Source of the DNA: Thermodesulfobacteriota bacterium
Lineage (GTDB): Bacteria; Desulfobacterota_D; UBA1144; Nemesobacterales; UBA2774
Direction: 5' to 3'
Length of the DNA stretch: 64,000 nucleotides
Assembly (NCBI GenBank): GCA_965216785.1
Contig: OZ244197.1
Coordinates: forward strand, 1,408,001 to 1,472,000
Positions 9,678 to 19,874 of this stretch are shown in pieces. The first letter of the stretch is position 1, and every line of letters starts with the position of its first letter. Position numbers and translations under genes: made by a program. Below the pieces are notes generated by a model. The model was given only the letters and a program-made list of their open reading frames with translations. It had not been told where the DNA came from and did not search any database.

Positions 9678-10496
9678 TTATTTGTTCCTGTCTACGTGGA
9701 CGTCCATCTGCGGGAATGGGATAGAGATGCCGTTTTCGTCAAACGCGAGCTTTATCTTCTCTGTGATATCGAACTTGACGTTCCAATAATCGCCAGTCTT
9801 TGCCCAAGGGCGCACCGCAAAGTTTACACTGCTGTCCGCAAGCTCTCCTACCGCGACCACGGGTTCAGGGTCTTTCAATATGCGCGGGTCTTCGCTAATT
9901 ATCTTCTCTATGAGCTCCTTAGCCTTTTTGATATCGTCCCCGTAGCCTATGCCGAACACCATATCCACCCGTCTGTTTTCCCTAGCCGAGTAATTAGTTA
10001 TAACACCTGAGTATATGGATCCGTTCGGAACAATCACTTCCTTATTGTCTGGAGTTCTGAGAGTAGAGCTGAATATTGTTATCTTCTCCACCGTGCCCGT
10101 TGTACCCCCGGCCTCAACAAAATCACCCTCTGTAAACGGTCTGAAAGTTATTAATAGAACACCCGAAGCAAAGTTCTTTAGAGAGTCCTGGAGCGCAAGG
10201 CCAATGGCGAGTCCCGCGGCACCGATAAGCGCTATCAGCGAGTTTGTGTTTATACCGAGCTGGCTAAGGGCCGCTATAATCACAAATAGCAGGAGCAGCC
10301 AGTTGATGATGGAGCTTATGAAGTTTACAAGGATATTTTCCATTCCGGCGTTGCCAAGGGCTTTTTTGAGTATTCCTACCAGTATCTTGGAGACATAGAT
10401 TCCGATAATGAAAATCAGTAGGGCAAACCCAATCTTTATTCCCCATGGGTATAGGTAAGTGTTAGCGATTTCTTGAATGTTTATTGACTCGAGCAT
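9678..10496 (-). CDS. mscS: Small-conductance mechanosensitive channel
   Basis: GAAGLAIGLALQDSLKNFASG, RPF..GD, GISIPFPQ. Confidence 0.93.
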   Translation of the reverse strand: MLESINIQEIANTYLYPWGIKIGFALLIFIIGIYVSKILVGILKKALGNAGMENILVNFISSIINWLLLLFVIIAALSQLGINTNSLIALIGAAGLAIGLALQDSLKNFASGVLLITFRPFTEGDFVEAGGTTGTVEKITIFSSTLRTPDNKEVIVPNGSIYSGVITNYSARENRRVDMVFGIGYGDDIKKAKELIEKIISEDPRILKDPEPVVAVGELADSSVNFAVRPWAKTGDYWNVKFDITEKIKLAFDENGISIPFPQMDVHVDRNK

Positions 10497-10668
10497 TGCT
10501 ATTGTCCTCCTTTTTGAACCTTAAAGACACTACCATAAAAATATACGTACGAAAATTTTTCTATGTTTACATAAAATAAACATATTTTTCTTCAACTTAT
10601 CAACAGCATGAGTTTTTTCTTTTCTAAGGTGCAAGTTCCCATTTTGTCTGTTTCAAATATTGCGCAAC

Positions 10669-10683
10669 TGACAATTTTTGTCA
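10669..10683. promoter_or_regulatory. Palindrome TGACAA-N3-TTGTCA, candidate enhancer-binding-protein site
   Basis: Perfect 6-bp inverted repeat about 100 bp upstream of a -24/-12-like element. Confidence 0.45.
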
Positions 10684-10779
10684 TTATTTGGTGATTCATA
10701 TTTTCATCGCTTTGATATCAATAAAGTAAATGCAATAATAGAGATGGGTTGCATTCAATAAGCCTAAACATACGTATAG

Positions 10780-10795
10780 TGGCATGGTTTTTGTA
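10780..10795 (+). promoter_or_regulatory. sigma54 (-24/-12)-like promoter for the GGDEF gene
   Basis: TGGCATGGTTTTTGTA: GG-N10-GT, deviating from TGGCAC-N5-TTGCA at the -12 C and one other base. Confidence 0.5.
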
Positions 10796-11102
10796 TTAAT
10801 AGTTCTATGTAGGGCTTAAAGCGAAGTTGATAAATAAGCTGCATTGTAGATTTAAAGCCGTATAGATGTAGGGGGTACGGATGATGGTCTTAAAATATCT
10901 GTCTATTAAATCTGATATTACCAGTCTATGCGTATTAGTATTGGAAGAACGTTATCTGATTTGCAGCTCAGAGACGGATAAAAGGGTTATAAAATAGCAA
11001 GACCTAATCCTTTTCAATCAGTAAATAAAGTTCCTCAGGGACTGCCAGGGTTTATGGATATTGGCAAACGGTTATAGTAAAATTTCATTTAAGGATATGA
11101 AT

Positions 11103-12428
11103 ATGGACGTGGAAAGAAACATAAATATATTATTGATTGAAGATAACCATGACTACGCCCGTTTGATAAATAGGATTATAAGCAATAAATCCTCTAATCT
11201 TATGGAAGTAGAGCACCATGAAACTTTTAAAAAAGGATACGAGAGACTCTTGCAAGGTGAAATCGACCTTGTCCTCCTCGACCTCGAGCTTCCGGATAGC
11301 TCTAATATAGATAAGATAGTACAAATTCACTGCTCTACGGATGTACCGATAATAGTGCTTACTGGTACGGAAGATGAGCAGGTTGCCATAAAAGCTGTTC
11401 AGATGGGTGCCCAGGACTACCTGATGAAGAACAACCTTGATAGCAGTCTTCTGGTACGCTCGATAAGATACGCAATTGAGCGTAAGAAAGTCGACGATCA
11501 GCTTAAAAGAACGGAAGAAAGGTTCAGGCTCCTTATTGAAAACGCAGTCGACCTCATAGCTATTCTTGATATAGACGGGACTATTAATTACACGAGCCCC
11601 TCCCATAACCACGTACTGGGTTATGAAGAGCAGGACCTGCTGGGAAGGAAAGCGTTTGAATTTATACACCCTGAAGACCTGCCGGCTGTTGTAGAAATAT
11701 TCTCCAAGGGAATTCAACAAATCGGCGAGGGCAATGTCGATGACGACATGTCGTATTCAGCGGAATTCAGGTTCAGACATAAAGACGGTTACTGGGTAAC
11801 TCTTGAGTCCTTCGGTAAGCTCTACCCACCCGATTCCGGAGAGACAGGCATTATTGTGAATTCAAGAGACGTTACCGAGCGCAAAAAAATGGAAGAGAGC
11901 CTGAGAAACCTGAGCGTAACGGATGATCTAACGAACCTTTATAATCGTAGAGGTTTTATGTCCTTTGCCGAGCACCACATAAAGACCGCTGATAGAAAAA
12001 AAGAGAGGATGATGCTGATTCTCATCGACCTTGACGACCTTAAGAAGATAAACGATGCCTTCGGGCACAAAGAAGGTGATATGGCTTTGATTGATACGGC
12101 AGAGGTCATTAACAGTACCTTCCGCAAATCCGACCTGATTGCCAGGGTAAGCGGAGACGAGTTTGTAGTGCTTACTTCCGATACCAAGCTAAACGCGACA
12201 GAGGCCATCAGGATGCGGCTTCTAAAAAACATAGAAGCGCACAACGCAAAGCAAAAACGGCTGTACAAGCTCTCTTTGAGCTTTGGAATTGCAGTTTATG
12301 AACCTGATAATCCATGTTCTATAGACAGGCTCATTGTAGAGGCGGATGAGCTTATGTATATGGAGAAGCATAAGAAAGATGAGCATTCCGAGGGTATGGT
12401 TGTAAATATGAACAGAAGCGGAAAGTAG
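11103..12428 (+). CDS. REC-PAS-GGDEF diguanylate cyclase
   Basis: ILLIEDN...LLDLELPD receiver; PAS (FIHPED, FRHKDG); DDLTNLYNRRGF, RKSD I-site and SGDEF A-site. Start uncertain (11061, 11097 or 11103). Confidence 0.93.
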   Translation: MDVERNINILLIEDNHDYARLINRIISNKSSNLMEVEHHETFKKGYERLLQGEIDLVLLDLELPDSSNIDKIVQIHCSTDVPIIVLTGTEDEQVAIKAVQMGAQDYLMKNNLDSSLLVRSIRYAIERKKVDDQLKRTEERFRLLIENAVDLIAILDIDGTINYTSPSHNHVLGYEEQDLLGRKAFEFIHPEDLPAVVEIFSKGIQQIGEGNVDDDMSYSAEFRFRHKDGYWVTLESFGKLYPPDSGETGIIVNSRDVTERKKMEESLRNLSVTDDLTNLYNRRGFMSFAEHHIKTADRKKERMMLILIDLDDLKKINDAFGHKEGDMALIDTAEVINSTFRKSDLIARVSGDEFVVLTSDTKLNATEAIRMRLLKNIEAHNAKQKRLYKLSLSFGIAVYEPDNPCSIDRLIVEADELMYMEKHKKDEHSEGMVVNMNRSGK

Positions 12429-12691
12429 CGGTAATTTGGTTTGCCAATTAATATTGCCGGGTTTCTAATCGACCTGCATTCATGATAGGTTTCCGCATAT
12501 CGAGTACTCTGAAGTAGAGTCTCGTATTACATTTTTTTGTTTTAAATTGACAATTCCTGAATTTTACATTACCTCAACTTTGTCATCTTGCACTGTTTAT
12601 TTTGACACAATACGTACCAAACCCCCCTTATTCTTTACTTTTATCTGAATAAATAAACTGTAATTACAGTGCATTACACAATCGTTTGTAT

Positions 12692-12707
12692 TGGTACAGT
12701 TATTGCT
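12692..12707 (+). promoter_or_regulatory. sigma54 (-24/-12) promoter for the hybrid kinase
   Basis: TGGTACAGTTATTGCT, exact GG-N10-GC spacing, about 70 bp before the GTG start. Confidence 0.65.
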
Positions 12708-12776
12708 TAATAAATATGTGTTACACAAAACACTGGATATCAGAAACAGTGCTATTAAATTATTGAGGAGCTTAAG

Positions 12777-14723
12777 GTGGTAGAAAGCAGGACTAACATA
12801 CTTCTAGTAGAGGACAATCTAAGTTATTCAAAGCTTGTGGAAAAGATGCTGGGCGAATCGGGCGGCGTCGCCCGGATTGAGCTCAGTGTCGATACAATTG
12901 CGAAAGGGCTCAATGCGCTCGATAATACAGACTTCGACCTTGTGCTTCTTGACCTCAATCTCCCGGATTCGGAAGGACTTGATACGTTTAACACCTTGCA
13001 TGAGCACAATCCGGATATACCCGTGATAGTGCTTACCGCGATGAGCGACGAACGAAAAGCCGTTCAGGCTGTCAAGTCGGGTGCTCAGGACTACCTGATA
13101 AAGGGCGAAGTGGATGGCAGGCAAATTTACCGCTCAATACGCTATGCTGTCGAGCGCCAGCGGGAAATGAATAAGATAAAGCGTATGGACCAAGCTCTGT
13201 GCCGTGAAAAAGAACGCCTTTCCGTAACACTCGCTTCCATTGGTGACGGAGTAATAACAACGGACACCGAAGGCACAATCGATTCATTAAATAGTGTGGC
13301 GGAAAATTTGAGCGGCTGGTCTAGTGAAGAAGCCGCGGGAAAAAACATAGAAGAGGTCTTTTTATTAATAGATGAAAAATCGGGAGAGAGGAAAGAGAAC
13401 CCGGTAACCAGAGCTATTAATGCAAACGAAGCAGTAGGTCTCCATAAGGGCACGGTTCTTGTGACTAAGGGCAGAGAGGAATTCCGTTACGTCTCGGCAA
13501 GCTCCTCGCCTATAAGGGACAATGACGGCATAATTATCGGAGTGGTATTGGTATTCAGAGATATAACACAAAGAAAGAAAATGGAAGATGAGCTGCTTAA
13601 GGCTCAAAAATTAGAGTCCATAGGTTTATTGGCGGGCGGCATTGCTCATGATTTCAACAACCTCCTCACTGCGATAATGGGTAACATCTCACTATCTAAG
13701 GTGTCGGAAACCAAGGATGACAATACGAGAAAAAGGCTGCTCGAAGCCGAGGGTGCCTGTGAAAAGGCAAAGAATCTAGCGAGTCAGCTCCTGACATTTT
13801 CAAAAGGCGGTGTACCTGATTCCAGAGAGTCAACATCCCTTGAGAAAGTGATCAGGGATACTGCTAGTTTTACTATGAGCGGATCGGATCTGGACTTTAA
13901 TTTCGTGGTCGATAAAGATATCTGGCCGGTCGAAATCGATCAGGGACAGATCAGCCAGGTTATAAGCAACCTTTTGATCAACGCCTCGCAGGCCATGGCT
14001 AAGGAAGGAAAGATAACCATAAAGCTGGAGAATACCCAGGCGAGTAAAGAAAAAGGGGTTCCCCTCATAGGAGATAAATACGTAAAAGCCACAGTAGAGG
14101 ATGAGGGTATCGGTATACCCCATGAGTATTTATCCAAAATTTTCGATCCCTACTTCACGACCAAGCAGAGCGGCAGCGGTCTCGGGCTTGCTACTTCATA
14201 CTCAATTATCAAAAACCACGGCGGATATATAGCGGTTGATTCAGAGCTTCATGAGGGCACGAAATTTTATCTGTATATTCCCGCAAACGGCAAGTTGAAC
14301 GGCTCTGCAATACCCAAAGAGAACGATATTGTCTGGGGAAGCGGCAGGGTGCTTCTGATGGATGACAAACATGAAATTCTAGAGGCCGCCGGTGAAATGC
14401 TGAGTCATATCGGCTACGAAGTCGATTACGCGAAGGACGGAAGCGAGGCGCTGCAAAAATATAAATCGGCACGTATGAGCGGAAAACCTTTTGATAGCGT
14501 AATAATGGACCTTACGATCCCGGGAGGTATGGGCGGAGAGGAAGCTCTTCGAAAGCTCCGCGTGATTGATCCGGACGTTAAAGCTATAGTATCGAGCGGC
14601 TACTCGAGTGACCCTATAATGGCTAAATACAAGAAGTACGGGTTTAAAGCAGTTCTTCCAAAACCATATGAGGTAAAGAAGCTTAGCTCTGTCTTAAGCC
14701 ACGTACTGCTGGAAAGCAATTAA
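12777..14723 (+). CDS. Hybrid sensor histidine kinase REC-PAS-HisKA-HATPase-REC
   Basis: GGIAHDFNNLL H-box, NLLINASQAM N-box, DEGIGI, FDPYFTTK..GSGLGL; receivers at both ends; GAGGAG SD. Confidence 0.95.
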   Translation: MVESRTNILLVEDNLSYSKLVEKMLGESGGVARIELSVDTIAKGLNALDNTDFDLVLLDLNLPDSEGLDTFNTLHEHNPDIPVIVLTAMSDERKAVQAVKSGAQDYLIKGEVDGRQIYRSIRYAVERQREMNKIKRMDQALCREKERLSVTLASIGDGVITTDTEGTIDSLNSVAENLSGWSSEEAAGKNIEEVFLLIDEKSGERKENPVTRAINANEAVGLHKGTVLVTKGREEFRYVSASSSPIRDNDGIIIGVVLVFRDITQRKKMEDELLKAQKLESIGLLAGGIAHDFNNLLTAIMGNISLSKVSETKDDNTRKRLLEAEGACEKAKNLASQLLTFSKGGVPDSRESTSLEKVIRDTASFTMSGSDLDFNFVVDKDIWPVEIDQGQISQVISNLLINASQAMAKEGKITIKLENTQASKEKGVPLIGDKYVKATVEDEGIGIPHEYLSKIFDPYFTTKQSGSGLGLATSYSIIKNHGGYIAVDSELHEGTKFYLYIPANGKLNGSAIPKENDIVWGSGRVLLMDDKHEILEAAGEMLSHIGYEVDYAKDGSEALQKYKSARMSGKPFDSVIMDLTIPGGMGGEEALRKLRVIDPDVKAIVSSGYSSDPIMAKYKKYGFKAVLPKPYEVKKLSSVLSHVLLESN

Positions 14724-14762
14724 CCCGGCGGGCGGTGGCGCGGCAATGGGCTCGCATTGGTA

Positions 14763-16586
14763 TCACTTGGCAAGCTCAAATCCCTCACCTACCATGGCTC
14801 TGAGTAGATCGAGTCCTCCCTGCCAGAAGCCGGGGTCGTTTATATCTACTCCAACGCGCTCTAACAGCTTTTCAGGGGCCTGACTTCCTCCCGATGATAG
14901 TAGTCCTATATATCTTGGAACAAAACTGTCACCTTCAATCTGATATTTGTTATATAGAGCGAGCACTAAGAGCTCTCCGAACGAGTATGCGTAGCAGTAA
15001 AACGGTGAGTGTATAAAGTGCGGTATGTACATCCACCAGTTCGAGTACTCGGCTGTGAGTGTGACCGAGCTTCCGTACATGGGTTTGTTGGCCCCGGTCC
15101 ATAGCTCGTTTATCCTCTCCGTAGTAAGCTCTCCTTCCTCCCTTCTTGCTATATGGAGCTTCTCCTCGAACTTAGTAAGCACTACCTGCCTGAACACTGT
15201 CGCGAAGATGTCCTCAAGCTTGCCGCAAATTAGAGCGAGTTTGGTTTTCGGGTCGTTCTCGTTCTCCATTAGCTTATGGAACACGAGCATCTCGGCGAAC
15301 ACGCTCGCAGTCTCTGCCGTGGTAAGCGGGGTGTCGGATTCAAAGTACCCTTGTTTTCTTGATAGGTACTGATGCACACCGTGTCCGAGCTCGTGCGCTA
15401 GCGTCATTACGTCCCGCATTCTTCCGGTGTAGTTTACAAATACGTACGGGTGCGCGCTCGGCACCGTGCCGTGGCTGAAAGCCCCTCCTCTTTTACCGCT
15501 GCGGGTCTCGGCATCAATCCAGTTTTTTTCAAAGAACATATCGGCAATCCCCGCCATCCTGGGGGAAAATTCGCCGAACGACTCGATTATTATTTTCCGG
15601 GCTGTCTTATATGTAATGATTTTTGTATCGGCAAAGATGGGGGCGTAGCGGTCATAATCGTAGAACCTGCTTATTCCCAGGAGTTTCTTCTTGAGCTTAT
15701 AGTAGCTCTCTACCATATCGTAGTTTTTCTCACACGATGTAATCAGGGAATCGACGGTTTCTTTTTCGATTTCATTGTCCAGGTGGCGCGAGTCCATGGG
15801 GTAATCGAAAGAGCGGAGCCTGTCGTTGGTGGCGTGGTCGTATACCAAGGTATTGAATATGTAAGTCAGTACATGAGAGTTCTCTAATAATCCGTTTGTA
15901 AGACCCTTCGCGGCCGCTTTTCTCTTGTCGCGCACGGGGTCGTACAAGAGCGCAAGCGTCTCGGTCTCGCTCATAGAATGGGTCTTCTTACCGATTTTTA
16001 CTTTAAATGATATGTTGTTCAAAAGCTCGTCGAACAAACGCCTGAAAGCCCGCCCGCCCGTGTTGGCTTTCTCGTCCATAATTTTTTCTTCGGGCTCGCT
16101 GAGCCTATGGGGCTTGTAGCGCCTTTCACGCTCAAGGAAATGCTTATACTCTGAAAGCTCGGGCGACTTAAGCAGCTCCGTCACTTTTTTTTCACTAAGC
16201 TCCACCCATTCGAGCTCAAAGAATATGAGGTGCCCCCGGAGCTTTGTAGAGGATTCCTGAACACTCTGCAGGAAAGCCCCGTGCTCGGGCTTTGAAGTAT
16301 CCGCGGCAAACACAAGGTATGCGTATGAGAGGAGCTTGCCGATCCTCTCGCTTATGCTCTCAAGCTCTTTTACCGCGTTTGATAGTTTCTTGGGTGTTAA
16401 GGACTTAGAGTTTATCTTGCCCCTGTATGTCTTCTCAAATTTTTCCGCTCTCTTGAGCAGGCTTTTTCTGTCTCTTTCAATCCTCGGGTCATTAAGTCCT
16501 GAGTACAGGTCCTTTAAATCCCACTTAACGCCTTCTGATCCGAGTTTTGGTTTTTTAGGTTTTGGTTTTTTCGCAGCTTCTGCCAT
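14763..16586 (-). CDS. pepF: Oligoendopeptidase F (M3B)
   Basis: WDLKDLY, GKRGGAFS, TLAHELGHGVH, AETASVFAE, YIPHFIHSPFYCYAY. Confidence 0.92.
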   Translation of the reverse strand: MAEAAKKPKPKKPKLGSEGVKWDLKDLYSGLNDPRIERDRKSLLKRAEKFEKTYRGKINSKSLTPKKLSNAVKELESISERIGKLLSYAYLVFAADTSKPEHGAFLQSVQESSTKLRGHLIFFELEWVELSEKKVTELLKSPELSEYKHFLERERRYKPHRLSEPEEKIMDEKANTGGRAFRRLFDELLNNISFKVKIGKKTHSMSETETLALLYDPVRDKRKAAAKGLTNGLLENSHVLTYIFNTLVYDHATNDRLRSFDYPMDSRHLDNEIEKETVDSLITSCEKNYDMVESYYKLKKKLLGISRFYDYDRYAPIFADTKIITYKTARKIIIESFGEFSPRMAGIADMFFEKNWIDAETRSGKRGGAFSHGTVPSAHPYVFVNYTGRMRDVMTLAHELGHGVHQYLSRKQGYFESDTPLTTAETASVFAEMLVFHKLMENENDPKTKLALICGKLEDIFATVFRQVVLTKFEEKLHIARREEGELTTERINELWTGANKPMYGSSVTLTAEYSNWWMYIPHFIHSPFYCYAYSFGELLVLALYNKYQIEGDSFVPRYIGLLSSGGSQAPEKLLERVGVDINDPGFWQGGLDLLRAMVGEGFELAK

Positions 16587-16625
16587 TTAAGTCTCCCGGT
16601 ACTTTTCTTCGATGATTAGTCCTGG

Positions 16626-17087
16626 TTATTCCCCTTGCGCTTTCTCGAGCTCTTGCTTTACAAGCTTGTTAACGAGGGCCCCGTCCGCCTTTCCCTTCAC
16701 CTTGGGCATGACCTCTTTCATCACCTTGCCCATGTCTTTCATTCCCTGAGCGCCGCTCTGCGCGATCGCGGCTGAGACTAGAGAGCGTATTTCATCCTCT
16801 CCCATCTGCTCGGGCATATATTTTAGGAGTATGTCCATCTCTGCAGTCTCGTCCGCCGCCGCATCGGGTCTTCCGACCTTTTCATACTCCTTTGCGGCTT
16901 CTCTTCGTTTTTTTATCTCAGTGCTGATTACCGCTATAACTTCCTCATCCGTAAGCTCCCTCTTATTATTTTCTATCTCCCTGTTTTTAATCGCTGACTG
17001 AAGCATGCGGAGCACTGTAAGCTCAAGCGTGTTTTTATTCTTTAAGGCGCTCTTAAGATCCTCTGGTATCTGGTCTCTAAGGCTCAT
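16626..17087 (-). CDS. yqeY: GatB/YqeY domain protein
   Basis: LRML.SAIKN.EI, KDMGKVMKEVMPKVKGKADG. Confidence 0.92.
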   Translation of the reverse strand: MSLRDQIPEDLKSALKNKNTLELTVLRMLQSAIKNREIENNKRELTDEEVIAVISTEIKKRREAAKEYEKVGRPDAAADETAEMDILLKYMPEQMGEDEIRSLVSAAIAQSGAQGMKDMGKVMKEVMPKVKGKADGALVNKLVKQELEKAQGE

Positions 17088-17140
17088 TTTTCTTTCTCCT
17101 TTTTTCCCTCGATATATTCAGCACTTACTTGCCAATTAAT

Positions 17141-17677
17141 CTAATCTAACACATATATTGCCGGCAGGTTTCGGCCCCTCTCGGCATAGTCCGTCCCGTA
17201 GCCTACAATAAATCCTCCCTCGATCTCAAACCCCAGATAATCCGCTTTAATGTCACTCTCTCTTCGCTCTTTCTTATCGATCAGGGCGCATATTTTAAAA
17301 GACGCGGGCTCTTTTGCAAGTACCTTCGCTTTTATTAAATCGAGTGTGCCTCCCGTATCCAAGAGGTCCTCCACCAAAATTACGTCTCTTCCCATTGGGG
17401 AAATACCGCTTTCTTGAAGAAGCTCTACCTCTCCCGGACTATCTCTTTCTCCGTAGCTCGATACTCTCAGAAAATCAATCTCGATTTCTAACTCGATCTG
17501 TCTTGTAAGATCGGCAAGGAATATGAATCCGCCCTTTAATATACCCAGCAACAGAGGGTTTTTCCCTTTGTAGTCCCTAGTGATTTCTTGCGCGAGCTCG
17601 CGCACGCGGCGTGAGATCCGTTCCTCAGAGATTAAGGGTTTAAGCGCCCGCCCGTTTATTTCATCCAACATGGGCAT
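17141..17677 (-). CDS. hpt: Hypoxanthine phosphoribosyltransferase
   Basis: GILKGGFIFLADL, VSSYG, VILVEDLLDTGGTL, FIVGYG.D...RNLP. Confidence 0.93.
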   Translation of the reverse strand: MPMLDEINGRALKPLISEERISRRVRELAQEITRDYKGKNPLLLGILKGGFIFLADLTRQIELEIEIDFLRVSSYGERDSPGEVELLQESGISPMGRDVILVEDLLDTGGTLDLIKAKVLAKEPASFKICALIDKKERRESDIKADYLGFEIEGGFIVGYGTDYAERGRNLPAIYVLD

Positions 17678-17838
17678 TTAAGTTTATACAATATTCTCCA
17701 ACTGAACAGTATCTCGCTTAACCTCGGGGAAAGAAAGCTATAGTTAATCGCAGTACCCGGAGCACAATATTGACCTCCCCATTCTGATGCTCTATATTTT
17801 TGAGCGAATCAAAAAGGTATGAATGTGAGGAGCACGCG

Positions 17839-19041
17839 TTGAATTTTATAGAACCTGAAAAGCAGATTAGGATATTAAGAAGGGGTGTTGAGGAAATAAT
17901 CTCAGAGGAAGAGCTTTTATCAAAGCTCAGGAAATCTAAAGAAAAGAACACGCCGCTTCGGGTAAAAGCGGGGTTTGATCCCACCGCGCCAGATCTTCAC
18001 CTCGGGCACTCCGTGCTTCTCAGAAAGCTCAGGCAGTTCCAGGACCTCGGGCACACGGTGCTGTTTCTGATAGGCGATTTCACGGCTATGATCGGGGATC
18101 CCTCGGGCCGCTCGGAGACAAGGCCCCCTCTTACCGAGGCCGAGGTTAAAGAGAACGCGCTCACTTACGAAAGGCAGGTTTTCAAAATACTCCTTAAAGA
18201 AAGGACTGAAGTTGTATTTAATTCTTCCTGGCTCTCCGGGATGTCGGCGATCGACCTCTTGAAGCTCTCCTCACAGGGTAACGTGGCCAGGATGCTGGAG
18301 CGGGACGACTTTGAGAAGCGCTACAAAAGCGGCGTATCTATTACGATTAACGAATTTCTATACCCTCTCATTCAGGCGTATGATTCCGCGGTGTTAAAAT
18401 CTGACGTGGAGTTCGGCGGGACAGATCAAAAGTTCAATATACTACTTGGGAGAGACCTTCAGCGTCACTACGGGGTAGAGCCACAGATTGCTATATTGCT
18501 GCCGATACTCGAGGGGCTGGACGGTGTAAGGAAGATGTCTAAATCCCTTAACAATTACGTCGCGCTCGAGGACACGTCCGTTGAGATGTTCGGAAAGCTC
18601 ATGTCTCTTTCAGACTCCCTCATGTGGCGCTACTATGAGCTTTTGACCGACAGGACCGACGAGCAGATCAAGGAGCTTAAGAAAGGGCACCCCATGGACG
18701 CCAAGAAAGAGCTTGCGCTCGATATTACCTCCTGGCTTAAGGGAGAAGATGAAGCACTCTTAGCCAAAGCGGACTTTGAAACAAAGTTCTCAACCAGAGA
18801 GTTTCCGAAGGACGCAAGGGAGGTCTCCTTTGAGCGGGGCGGAGATAAGACCCTGCTGGACCTCGTAACCGAGTCTTCTGAGAGATTAAAGAGCCGCGGC
18901 GAGGCAAAGAGGCTCATTCTACAAGGCGGGGTCAGCATCGACGGTGAGAAGGCAACTGATATAAACAGCCCTATGCCGGATGCCGAAACCATTGAGCTTA
19001 GGATCGGTAAGAAGGAATTTGTCTTGGTTAGGTTTAATTAA
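17839..19041 (+). CDS. tyrS: Tyrosine--tRNA ligase
   Basis: [13 protein letters not shown] (HIGH), [14 protein letters not shown]-terminal S4 domain. Likely start TTG 17839 after GAGGAG. Confidence 0.97.
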   Translation: MNFIEPEKQIRILRRGVEEIISEEELLSKLRKSKEKNTPLRVKAGFDPTAPDLHLGHSVLLRKLRQFQDLGHTVLFLIGDFTAMIGDPSGRSETRPPLTEAEVKENALTYERQVFKILLKERTEVVFNSSWLSGMSAIDLLKLSSQGNVARMLERDDFEKRYKSGVSITINEFLYPLIQAYDSAVLKSDVEFGGTDQKFNILLGRDLQRHYGVEPQIAILLPILEGLDGVRKMSKSLNNYVALEDTSVEMFGKLMSLSDSLMWRYYELLTDRTDEQIKELKKGHPMDAKKELALDITSWLKGEDEALLAKADFETKFSTREFPKDAREVSFERGGDKTLLDLVTESSERLKSRGEAKRLILQGGVSIDGEKATDINSPMPDAETIELRIGKKEFVLVRFN

Positions 19042-19428
19042 AGGCGAGCGGGCCTGTAAGCCGAATTCTGTCTTGGACAATCATTCATCTGGGACATCCA
19101 TTGCTGAATGCCTCTCGCAACTTACCCGGAAGCTCTGGGCGGGCAGCCCTTTATTTCCTAAGAAAAACGCTCCCCTATTTTGTTTTTCTCCAAGCGGGGT
19201 TTACCGTGCCGCGGACTGTCGCCAATCCGCGCGGTGGTCTCTTACACCCCCATTTCACCCTTACCGGTCTTTCCCGAGGGAAGGACTTAGGCGGTATATT
19301 TTCTGCGGCACTTTCCGTTGCCTCACGGCACCTGGGAGTTACCCAGCGCTCTGCCCTAGGGAGTTCGGACTTTCCTCCAGTCTCCGGTACTAGCCCGGAA
19401 ACCAGCGATTGCCCGGCTCACTCGCCTT
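19042..19428 (-). ncRNA. rnpB: RNase P RNA, bacterial class A
   Basis: Minus strand reads ...GAGGAAAGTCCGAACTCC...GGAAAGTGCCGCAGAAA...GGTAAACCCC...GACAGAATTCGGCTTAC..., with complementary P1 ends. Confidence 0.97.
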
Positions 19429-19874
19429 TAATTAAAATATTCATCAATTGCCAGGTTTGCAAGTCTGTCCGCCTCTGCGTTCTGCTCCCTTGGGATATGG
19501 CGGATGGTTATGTCGCTGAAGCCTGAGAATAGGCTCCGGGCTTTTTTGTTAAGCGGGATAATTTCAGCGTGTTTGACTTTCCACAAACCGTTCACCTGGT
19601 TTGCTACGAGAAGTGAGTCTGTGAAGATGCGAATAGGCTGGCCGTTTAACTCTTTTGCCGATTCAAGCGCTTCAATCAGCGCGGTGTACTCGGCTTGGTT
19701 GTTGGTTTTTGTGCCTAGATATTTAGTGATCTCGCGGGACTTGCCGCCGGGCTCTTTAATTAGAATGCCGATTCCAGCATCCCCGGGGTTCCCTCTGGAA
19801 GCGCCGTCTATATATATTTGTACCGTGTCTGTGTCCAATTCTTCGCTGCCGCCGCTATCCTGTTTGCGCTTCAC
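19428..19874 (-). CDS. rnhA: Ribonuclease HI family protein
   Basis: YIDGASRGNPG, TNNQAEY, TDSLLV..Q..G.WKVK, HIPREQNAEADRLAN. Confidence 0.92.
   Translation of the reverse strand: MKRKQDSGGSEELDTDTVQIYIDGASRGNPGDAGIGILIKEPGGKSREITKYLGTKTNNQAEYTALIEALESAKELNGQPIRIFTDSLLVANQVNGLWKVKHAEIIPLNKKARSLFSGFSDITIRHIPREQNAEADRLANLAIDEYFN

Noticed and set aside
18980-19526. ORFs 18980..19393 and 19101..19526 on the plus strand
   Set aside because: They are antisense to the RNase P RNA gene, a common false-protein artefact.
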